This document shows positions 50,773 to 57,963 of a stretch of DNA of 64,000 nucleotides, in pieces. Numbering within the stretch: the stretch's first letter is position 1; each line of letters starts with the position of its first letter. The stretch is from Alphaproteobacteria bacterium. GTDB taxonomy: Bacteria > Pseudomonadota > Alphaproteobacteria > SHVP01. Made by a program: the position numbers and the translations under genes. The stretch covers positions 59,964 through 123,963 of the forward strand of contig VGES01000002.1 in the NCBI GenBank assembly GCA_016869765.1, read 5' to 3'. A model generated the notes under the pieces. It was not told the DNA's origin. It worked only from the letters and a program-made list of their open reading frames with translations, and made no database searches.

Positions 50773-51900
50773 ATGGCGCGGCGTAGTCGTTCTCTCATCA
50801 TCGATGCCGATTCTCACGTCGAAGAAGCGGAAGAGTGCTGGGCTTACCTCGAACCGGAGTTCCGGCACCGCCGGCCGGTCGTGCTCGAACGCAAAGATGT
50901 TCGCCCCGGCAAGGGCCCCTACGTCCAAGACGCCTTCTGGCTGATCGACGGCCACACCTTCCCGCGACCCTATGGCCACGGCGCGCTGATGTTCGGCACA
51001 CCCGTCACCTCGAGCTTCGCCAAGGGCAAGAAGTTCTCCCGCGCGAGCCAAACGTTGGTCCCGCCAGCCGCCCGGGTGAAGGACATGGATCGCCTCGGCA
51101 TCGATATCCAGATTCTCTATCCGACGATCTTCCTCGACACGCTGGCGCTCGACATCCGGTTCGAAGCTGCGCTGATGCGGAGCTACAACACGTGGCTCGC
51201 CAAGACCTGTGCCCAGTTCCCCAACCGGCTGAAATGGGCGGCGGCGATCCCGGTGCGGAGCGCGGCCGAAGGCGCCGCCGAGATCAAACGCACCAAGAAG
51301 CTCGGCGCCGTGGCCGCCCTGATCTACGGCACAGCCGGCGAACGCATGTTGCACGAGCCCGAGTGCGACGAGATGTGGGCCGCCGCCCAGAAGGCCGACA
51401 TGGCGATCGCGATCCACACCGGTTGGAACATGCAGTCGCTGCTCAACAAGATGGACAGCTTCTACTGCTCGACGGCGCTCGGCGTCATGCCCTCGATGAT
51501 GGGTCTGTTTTCGATGTTGGGGGGCGGCATCCTCGGTCGCTTCCCCAAATTGCGCGTCGGGTTCTTCGAGGCCGGCGCCGACTGGCTACCCTACATGATC
51601 AACCGCATGGAACGACTCTGGGAGGTCTACTCCAGGAACAAATGGCCCGGGCTGACCAAACACCGGCCGTCCGATTGGTTACGAGGCGGGAACGTATACT
51701 TCTGCTGCGAGGGCGATGAACGGTTCCTGCCCGTCGTCGCCGAACTCCTGGGCGACGACCACATCATCACGTCGGCCGACTTGCCGCACGACGAGGCGCT
51801 CGACGAAGCCATCAAGAAGATCCACGAACGACCCGATCTCTCGGATCGGCTCAAGAGCAAGATCCTCAACGCCAACCCGGCGCGGTTTTACGGCCTGTAG
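50773..51900 (+). CDS. Amidohydrolase-2 family (TIM-barrel metal-dependent hydrolase/decarboxylase, ACMSD-like)
   Basis: IIDADSHVEE...IAIHTGW...GFFEAGADWLPY...SADLPHDE. Confidence 0.75.
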   Translation: MARRSRSLIIDADSHVEEAEECWAYLEPEFRHRRPVVLERKDVRPGKGPYVQDAFWLIDGHTFPRPYGHGALMFGTPVTSSFAKGKKFSRASQTLVPPAARVKDMDRLGIDIQILYPTIFLDTLALDIRFEAALMRSYNTWLAKTCAQFPNRLKWAAAIPVRSAAEGAAEIKRTKKLGAVAALIYGTAGERMLHEPECDEMWAAAQKADMAIAIHTGWNMQSLLNKMDSFYCSTALGVMPSMMGLFSMLGGGILGRFPKLRVGFFEAGADWLPYMINRMERLWEVYSRNKWPGLTKHRPSDWLRGGNVYFCCEGDERFLPVVAELLGDDHIITSADLPHDEALDEAIKKIHERPDLSDRLKSKILNANPARFYGL

Positions 51901-52345
51901 GAGCACTGCGCCCGAGGGCGCGCGGCACCAGCCCGTGCACCAGGCCGCCCGCGATGAGGAGCGTGCCAAGCACGGGCGCGAGCGCCCCGAAACCCAGCAG
52001 CTGGCCGAGCTGACCCGTTGCCGCCGCGGCAAGGCCGGCATAGGACCACGCCATGAAGTAGGCATGAGTCGGCCGCCACCATCGGATTCTCCGACGGAGC
52101 AACGCCATGCCGAGGCCGCAGCCGATCGAAACGAGGCTGACAATCGCCAACGCGTGAAACACGGTCGGCGCGCCCGAAATCTCGTAAATGGTCAACGCCG
52201 AACCGTTGACCAGCGCCATCGTCGCGACGTAGAGGCGCCCGATCCAGCGGTGCGAGCGCGTGCCCTTGGGTAGCCAGACGACGACAGCCCCAGCGACAAG
52301 CGCCACGACAGCAACCGACAGATGCAGAAATCCCATGCCCGTCAT
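51866..52345 (-). CDS. Membrane protein (DUF2306-like), four transmembrane segments
   Basis: MTGMGFLHLSVAVVALVAGAVVVWLP... Convergent with the upstream amidohydrolase and overlapping its 3' end by ~35 nt. Confidence 0.45.
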   Translation of the reverse strand: MTGMGFLHLSVAVVALVAGAVVVWLPKGTRSHRWIGRLYVATMALVNGSALTIYEISGAPTVFHALAIVSLVSIGCGLGMALLRRRIRWWRPTHAYFMAWSYAGLAAAATGQLGQLLGFGALAPVLGTLLIAGGLVHGLVPRALGRSAPTGRKTAPGWR

Positions 52346-52413
52346 CGACGGCCAGTGTAGGTGCGGTCTCGGTTCATCGCTAGAGTGGCGGCCCAGCGAC
52401 GGAGGCAACTGCC

Positions 52414-53529
52414 ATGGCCGGCAAGACCGGGATGATCATCGATGCCGACTCCCACATCGAAGAACCCGACGAGGTTTGGAACTTCATCGACGAACCCTAC
52501 CGCTATCGCCGACCCGTGGCGGTCAAGCGCCCGAACCTGACCGGACCGTTCGCCCAGGACATGTTCTGGCTGATCGACGGACAGGCCTACCCGCGGCCGC
52601 TCGGCTACGGGCCATCGCTCTACGGCACGCCCGTGTCTTCGACGTTCGCAAAGTCGAAGAAGTTCTCGATCGAGAGTCAGACCCTGGTGCCCGCCAGCGC
52701 CCGGATCGCGGACATGGATAGACTCGGCATCGACCTGCAGGTGTTGTTCCCCACGTTGTTCCTGGACCTGATGTCGCCGGACGTCGGCCTGGAGGCGGCC
52801 CTGATGCGGAGCTACAACACCTGGCTCGCGCAGACCTGTGCGCCCCACACCAAACGGCTCAAGTGGGTGGCGATCATCCCCGTGCGCAGTCCGCCGGCCG
52901 CGGTCGAGGAATTGCGCCGCGTCAAGGCGTTGGGCGCCGTCGCCATGTTGGTCCTGGGCACGGCCGGCGACTCGTTCCTGCACGAACCGGCTTTCGATGC
53001 CGTCTGGGCCGAGGCCGAGCGCCTCAACATGCCGATCGCCATGCACGTCGGTTGGAGCATGCAGTCGCTGCACAGCAAGATGAACACGATCTTCTGCTCC
53101 ACCACCTTCGTCGCCGTGCCGATGATGTTCGGTTTGTTCAGCATGGTGGGCGGCGGCGTGCTCGATCGCTTTCCCAGGTTGCGGGTCGGATTCTTCGAAG
53201 CGGGGGCCGACTGGTTGCCCTACATGGCGCCGCGCATGGAGCGCTACTGGCAGGTCTACACCGCGAAACAATGGCCGGGCACGCCCAGGCGCAACCCCGT
53301 CGACTGGTTTTCCGGCGGCAACATCTATTTCAGTTGCGAGGGCGATGAGCGCTTCCTGCCGCAGGTGGCCGAACTCCTCGGCGAAGATCACCTGATGACG
53401 TCCGCCGACCTGCCCCACGAGGAGGCGCTCGAAGATTCGATCCGGGAGATTCGCGAGCGCGGCGATATCTCCGAAACGCTCAAGCGCAAGATTCTCGACG
53501 ACAACCCCTCGCGGTTTTTCGGGTTCTAG
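52414..53529 (+). CDS. Amidohydrolase-2 family protein (paralog of 50773-51900)
   Basis: IIDADSHIEE...IAMHVGW...GFFEAGADWLPY...SADLPHEE; ~65% identical to its paralog. Confidence 0.75.
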   Translation: MAGKTGMIIDADSHIEEPDEVWNFIDEPYRYRRPVAVKRPNLTGPFAQDMFWLIDGQAYPRPLGYGPSLYGTPVSSTFAKSKKFSIESQTLVPASARIADMDRLGIDLQVLFPTLFLDLMSPDVGLEAALMRSYNTWLAQTCAPHTKRLKWVAIIPVRSPPAAVEELRRVKALGAVAMLVLGTAGDSFLHEPAFDAVWAEAERLNMPIAMHVGWSMQSLHSKMNTIFCSTTFVAVPMMFGLFSMVGGGVLDRFPRLRVGFFEAGADWLPYMAPRMERYWQVYTAKQWPGTPRRNPVDWFSGGNIYFSCEGDERFLPQVAELLGEDHLMTSADLPHEEALEDSIREIRERGDISETLKRKILDDNPSRFFGF

Positions 53530-53556
53530 GGCCCAGGCGATTGGCAGGAGTGAAAT

Positions 53557-54393
53557 ATGAAACGGGCCTTCCACCAACTTGACGTCTTCAGCGCTGCGCC
53601 ACTCGGGGGCAATCCTTTGGCCGTGGTCCACGACGCCGATGGCCTCGACGAGGCGACGATGGCCGCGTTCGCCCGTTGGACCAATCTGTCCGAAACGACC
53701 TTCCTGCTCCGCCCAACGGTGGCGGCCGCCGACTATCGTGTCCGCATTTTCACGCCGGGCGGCGAACTTCCCTTTGCCGGGCACCCGACCTTGGGAAGCT
53801 GCCAAGCCTGGATCAACGCCGGAGGACGTGCGAAACAGACCGAAACGATCGTGCAGGAATGCGGCGTCGGCCTCGTCCGCATCCGGCGCACCGGGACGCG
53901 ACTGGCGTTCGCGGCGCCACCGTTGCAGCGGAGTGGCCCGCTCGAGTCAGAGGTCCTTGCGCAGATCGCGCGCGGACTTCGCGTGCGCCAGGCCGACATC
54001 GTTCACCACCAGTGGGTAGCGAACGGCCCGGCGTGGGCGGCGGTGATGTTGCCGTCGGCGGCCGCGGTGCGCGCTCTCGAGCCCGACTGGGCGGCCCTCC
54101 GAGACCTCAAGGTCGGCGCGTTCGGCCCGCAGCCTCCGGGAAGCGACAGCGCCTTCGAAGTGCGCGCCTTCGCCCCGGGGGTGGGCGTGCCAGAGGACCC
54201 TGTGACGGGCAGCCTCAACGCCGGGCTCGCGATATGGCTGATCGGCGCGGGCCTCGCGCCCGCGCGCTACGTCGCTGCGCAGGGCAGTGCGCTCGGGCGC
54301 CAAGGGCGGGTCTACGTGGAGAAAGCCGGCGAGGACATTTGGATTGGCGGCGATGTGACCACCTGTGTCGCGGGAACCCTCGACCTCGGCTAG
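53557..54393 (+). CDS. PhzF family phenazine-biosynthesis-like isomerase
   Basis: FHQLDVFSAAPLGGNPLAVV...SETTFL...two-domain PhzF/DapF fold. Confidence 0.85.
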   Translation: MKRAFHQLDVFSAAPLGGNPLAVVHDADGLDEATMAAFARWTNLSETTFLLRPTVAAADYRVRIFTPGGELPFAGHPTLGSCQAWINAGGRAKQTETIVQECGVGLVRIRRTGTRLAFAAPPLQRSGPLESEVLAQIARGLRVRQADIVHHQWVANGPAWAAVMLPSAAAVRALEPDWAALRDLKVGAFGPQPPGSDSAFEVRAFAPGVGVPEDPVTGSLNAGLAIWLIGAGLAPARYVAAQGSALGRQGRVYVEKAGEDIWIGGDVTTCVAGTLDLG

Positions 54394-54418
54394 CCCTTGA
54401 CCGATCGCTCGCTGATAC

Positions 54419-54434
54419 TTAACCTAATGGTTAA
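54419..54434. promoter_or_regulatory. AT-rich inverted repeat TTAACC-taat-GGTTAA upstream of the DUF899 gene (putative operator)
   Basis: Perfect 6-4-6 inverted repeat in an AT-rich island ~17 nt upstream of the ATG, in an otherwise 65% GC context. Confidence 0.3.
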
Positions 54435-54450
54435 TTAATAGGAGGGCTCT

Positions 54451-55185
54451 ATGGACCATGCCGTCGTCTCGCGCCGCGAATGGGTGAACGCTCGCAAATC
54501 GCTGCTCGCCAAGGAGAAAGAATTCTCGAAGCAGCGCGACCAGTTGAACGCCGAGCGCCGAGCGCTGCCCTGGGTGCGGCTCGACAAGGACTACGTGTTC
54601 GCAGGCCCGAAGGGCGCGGTGTCGCTTGCCGATCTCTTCGGCACGCACAATCAACTCGTGGTCTATCACTTCATGTTTGGCCCGACGTGGAAGGAGGGCT
54701 GCCCGAGCTGCTCGTTCTGGGCCGACCATTTCGACAGCATGATTCCGCATCTCGCCGCCCGTGACGTCGCATTGGCGGCGGTGTCCCGCGCGCCCTACAA
54801 GCGGTTCGCGCCGTTCAAGAAGCGCATGGGCTGGAAGTTCCCGTGGGTTTCGTCCAACGCCAACGACTTCAATTACGACTTTCAGGTCGCCCATCGCGAG
54901 GGCGAGAAGAAGGAGTACAACTACGCGCCGATGAGCGGCACGATGTCGGAGTTGCCCGGCGCCAGCATGTTCGTGAGAGACGAGTCGGGGGCGATCTACC
55001 ACACCTACTCGTGCTATGCGCGCGGCCTCGACATGCTGAACGGCACCTACCAATTATTGGATACGGTCGCCAAGGGACGCGACGAGGCAGGGTTACCCTG
55101 GGCGATGGCCTGGGTGCGCTACCACGACCGTTACGGCAAAGCGAAACCCGCGAAGAAACCGGCGCGGAAGGCAAAAAAGCGGTAG
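54451..55185 (+). CDS. DUF899 thioredoxin-like family protein with Lys/Ala/Pro-rich C-terminal tail
   Basis: LVVYHFMFGPTWKEGCPSCSFWADHF (DUF899 CxxC). Tail KAKPAKKPARKAKKR. Confidence 0.8.
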   Translation: MDHAVVSRREWVNARKSLLAKEKEFSKQRDQLNAERRALPWVRLDKDYVFAGPKGAVSLADLFGTHNQLVVYHFMFGPTWKEGCPSCSFWADHFDSMIPHLAARDVALAAVSRAPYKRFAPFKKRMGWKFPWVSSNANDFNYDFQVAHREGEKKEYNYAPMSGTMSELPGASMFVRDESGAIYHTYSCYARGLDMLNGTYQLLDTVAKGRDEAGLPWAMAWVRYHDRYGKAKPAKKPARKAKKR

Positions 55186-55201
55186 GGCTGCGATCGCCGT
55201 T

Positions 55202-55537
55202 CTATCGCGCGAATATCTCGGACAAGGCGTGCGCGAGTTGCGTCGTGGTGGGCTCTGTGAGCTTGCCCAGACGGCGCAGGATGCGTGTTCGGTCAACCGC
55301 TCGGAGTTGATCCAGTGCGATTTCACCTCGTTTGCCCTGGAAGCTCACCCCGACGCGGCTTGGAAATGACCGAAGCGCCGTTGTCATGGGTGCCACGATA
55401 ACTGTCCTGAGACTTTCGTTCATCTCGTCGGGCGAAATGATGACGCTTGGTCGCGTCTTCCGTATCTCTGACCCAACGGTCGGATCGAACTGAACCAAGA
55501 CCACGTCGTAGCGACGAAGCGGGTCTACCACCGCCAC
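55202..55537 (-). CDS. mazF: Type II toxin-antitoxin system toxin, PemK/MazF family
   Basis: YDVVLVQFDPTVGSEIRKTRPSVIISPDEMN...VIVAPMTT. Confidence 0.85.
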   Translation of the reverse strand: MAVVDPLRRYDVVLVQFDPTVGSEIRKTRPSVIISPDEMNESLRTVIVAPMTTALRSFPSRVGVSFQGKRGEIALDQLRAVDRTRILRRLGKLTEPTTTQLAHALSEIFAR

Positions 55538-55785
55538 TCGTCATCGTCCCATTCGTTCGACATATCTTCAGGAAACAGCAGCTCCTCTTCGCCCGCACCA
55601 GCCTTCTTGAACGCTTCCCGCCAGCCCGCGCGGACCTTGGTCTCGGCCGAAATCTGGACCGTGCGCCCTTTCACGGTCATCTCCACTCGATCGCCCAGGC
55701 CGCACTGTTCGATGATACTCTTGGGAATTCGCACCCCGCGAGAGTTACCGATCTTGACCAAGGAAGCCTTCATTGCCTTTGTCAT
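55525..55785 (-). CDS. mazE: Type II toxin-antitoxin system antitoxin, AbrB/MazE/SpoVT family
   Basis: MTKAMKASLVKIGNSRGVRIPKSIIEQ swapped-hairpin fold; acidic C-terminus. Overlaps mazF by 13 nt. Confidence 0.8.
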   Translation of the reverse strand: MTKAMKASLVKIGNSRGVRIPKSIIEQCGLGDRVEMTVKGRTVQISAETKVRAGWREAFKKAGAGEEELLFPEDMSNEWDDDEWRW

Positions 55786-55788
55786 GTG

Positions 55789-55801
55789 CTTACAAAGTAA
55801 G
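55789..55801. promoter_or_regulatory. Inverted repeat CTTAC-aaa-GTAAG immediately upstream of mazE (candidate toxin-antitoxin autoregulatory operator)
   Basis: 5-3-5 palindrome 4 nt upstream of the mazE start codon (minus strand). Confidence 0.25.
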
Positions 55802-55989
55802 TACTCCCGAAAACCAGCGCAATACTGTTTTCTGGTGCAAGGCCCCGTTCGTGGCTGACGTAGGAAGGCGAGTCTCTCATGTCCGCGGTCAAGGACTGAA
55901 GGCGTGAATCAGCGATCTGGTTTGGCCCAGACGCTAGTTGATGGCGGTGCACAAGCAGGAGGCAGGGTGTTGGACGTCGGTTGGTGAGG

Positions 55990-56793
55990 CTACTGCTTCG
56001 CCCCGGCGAGGAACGCCTTCAACTCGCTCGCGGGACGGAAGTCCAATGGCCCCCCGAAGTTGATGTAGGCGAGTCCGCCTTCGGGGCTTCGCGCGCGGGT
56101 TTGCAACGTGCCGGGCGGCTTGAAGGTGTAGCAGCCCGCCGTGTACTGCGTGCCATCGGCCAGTGCGATGGCACCCTCCAGGATGAAGGCCTCCTCGTAC
56201 ACCGTATGGAAATGCGACTCGTGGGGGCTGACCCAACCCGGGGCAAAGCGCACGAGCATCGCGCCCTCGCCCGTCTTCGGATCGCGGCTCAGAAGCCGAC
56301 GACTCAGTTGCAGGGCGCCCTTGGCGTCACGCACCTCCTGCCATTCCCCCGCCCGAGCATCGGCCAACACACAGACGCCGCGCATCGGCGAGGATCTGGC
56401 GAGGCTGAACGGTCGCTCCTCGCGAACCGGCTGTTCATAGAAGCAGAAGTCGAGTTCCTTGCTCACCCGCGAGATGAACCAGGACTCGGCACGCACCGCA
56501 CTCCTGAAGCCGTGCACCGTCTCGGCAGGATGGAAGCAATAGGCCATCGACCCGAGCCAATTCTTCGAATCGAACGACAGTTCGCCTTTGAGGACGAACA
56601 GCTCCTCGTCCATGTGGTGATAGTGCGGCTTGTCGGGCGGCGCGTAGCCAAACGCGGGGTCGATCCGCTGCAAGTGGGTCCGTGCGCCGGTCTCGGGGTC
56701 GAACGACAGTTTCTTGGAGAACAGCCCGACCATCGAGTCCTGCGGCTCCCAGGCCATCTTGGTGGTGTCGAGCAACGGAACGTGCGGACGCAT
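55990..56793 (-). CDS. Cupin domain protein (probable bicupin)
   Basis: Two repeats of the HxH...E cupin metal motif (HYHHMDEELFVLKGE and HFHTVYEEAFILEG). Confidence 0.6.
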   Translation of the reverse strand: MRPHVPLLDTTKMAWEPQDSMVGLFSKKLSFDPETGARTHLQRIDPAFGYAPPDKPHYHHMDEELFVLKGELSFDSKNWLGSMAYCFHPAETVHGFRSAVRAESWFISRVSKELDFCFYEQPVREERPFSLARSSPMRGVCVLADARAGEWQEVRDAKGALQLSRRLLSRDPKTGEGAMLVRFAPGWVSPHESHFHTVYEEAFILEGAIALADGTQYTAGCYTFKPPGTLQTRARSPEGGLAYINFGGPLDFRPASELKAFLAGAKQ

Positions 56794-56806
56794 GTGCTTC
56801 CTCCGC

Positions 56807-57685
56807 TCAGGGAATCATCGCCGGGACCCAATGCTCCCAGACGATCTTGCCGAAATCGAGATCCCACGACACATGGGCGTACCAGGCTCGGCCGATCTTC
56901 TTCGGGTTGAGCCGGCACACCGCCGAAAACGACTGCCCCGGCATCTCGCAGAACCCGCGACCCTGCCATATCGAGAACACCTTGAACGAGCCGCCGAGGC
57001 CGTGGTGAATGACCTGCTTCAAGGCGGGACGGTCGCGCTCGGGCATCTGCATCTTGCGCACCGAGAACCAGTTGCCTCCGAACGGCAGGTCGCGGAAGTT
57101 GCCGTGTTTCTCGAGCGTCACGGAGACGCGCAGCAGCGTCTCGCCGCGCCGCGTGATCCTCGACATCGCCTGACTGCCGACCTCCTGAATCTCGTTGTGG
57201 TCACACACGAGCTTGGGGCGGCCGGAGATCTCGCGCGCAGCGATCATCGCTTCGTCGGTCGAGGTCCAGATGTAGGGCGTGAAGCTGCCCGTCTGATTGC
57301 CGAATTTGACCGGCAACACGATCATGCCCTCCTGGAACTTCTGCGATGTCGGCATCTGCCGGTTGTCGCCACAGATCGCGACGCCCGGCCGATCGGGGAT
57401 GGCTTCGAGCGGGTAGGGCACGGCGTCAATCATCGCCTGCTGATCGGGCCAGAACTCGACGATGAGCATCTTCGCCGACTCCATCGGATGCGGCGGCTCG
57501 TTGTAGGGCGAGGATAGGAACGGCGCGCTCCAGCCCTCTGGTCGGCGACGTTCGGCATCGGTGGGGATGTAGGTGGGCTCACGCGGCGTGATCTGGGCCG
57601 ACGGCGGGAACACCGGCTTCGGGGCCTTGGACACGGTCTTGCTCGGGCGGCGCTTCGCCGCCGCCGGCTTCTTGTTGCTCGCCAC
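56807..57685 (-). CDS. Hypothetical protein, possibly acetoacetate decarboxylase (ADC)-family-like, with Lys/Pro-rich N-terminal tail
   Basis: N-terminus MASNKKPAAAKRRPSKTVSKAPKPVFPP, then a ~250-aa globular domain. Family assignment is tentative. Confidence 0.35.
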   Translation of the reverse strand: MASNKKPAAAKRRPSKTVSKAPKPVFPPSAQITPREPTYIPTDAERRRPEGWSAPFLSSPYNEPPHPMESAKMLIVEFWPDQQAMIDAVPYPLEAIPDRPGVAICGDNRQMPTSQKFQEGMIVLPVKFGNQTGSFTPYIWTSTDEAMIAAREISGRPKLVCDHNEIQEVGSQAMSRITRRGETLLRVSVTLEKHGNFRDLPFGGNWFSVRKMQMPERDRPALKQVIHHGLGGSFKVFSIWQGRGFCEMPGQSFSAVCRLNPKKIGRAWYAHVSWDLDFGKIVWEHWVPAMIP

Positions 57686-57758
57686 GATTCCTCCTCAAAG
57701 AAGACGGAACTCTATCGCCGATGGTCCAAGTGGGAAACCGCACGATCCCGTGGAAAAC

Positions 57759-57767
57759 TCGTGGATA
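57759..57767. promoter_or_regulatory. DnaA-box-like element (CGTGGATAA = reverse complement TTATCCACG, 8/9 to TTATCCACA) in the nrdJ 5' region, with GGATAAC direct repeat
   Basis: Pattern match only. Adjacent second copy GGGATAACC and an inverted repeat CCGGG-ataa-CCCGG. Confidence 0.3.
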
Positions 57768-57963
57768 ACTCCGGGATAACCCGGGGACAAAGGGGGGACG
57801 GCGAGTCCGCGATCCCGGGCATTCTCACGCCTCGATTCTGGACATCGGGGACAACAGAAATTCTCTCATCTGCTCAAATGCTTGCCTGTCGGCGATTTGT
57901 GAACGGAACAGGAACATTGCTGGCGCTGGTCGCCATCCTTAGAATGCGCGCTCCCTGAACGAC

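Noticed and set aside
57686-57963. Possible cobalamin riboswitch or NrdR box in the nrdJ leader
   Set aside because: No B12-box (GCCACTG / AGYCAGGAGACC-type) or NrdR palindrome recognisable by eye. Only a superficial GGGAAACC...GTGGAAAAC resemblance. Needs Rfam confirmation.
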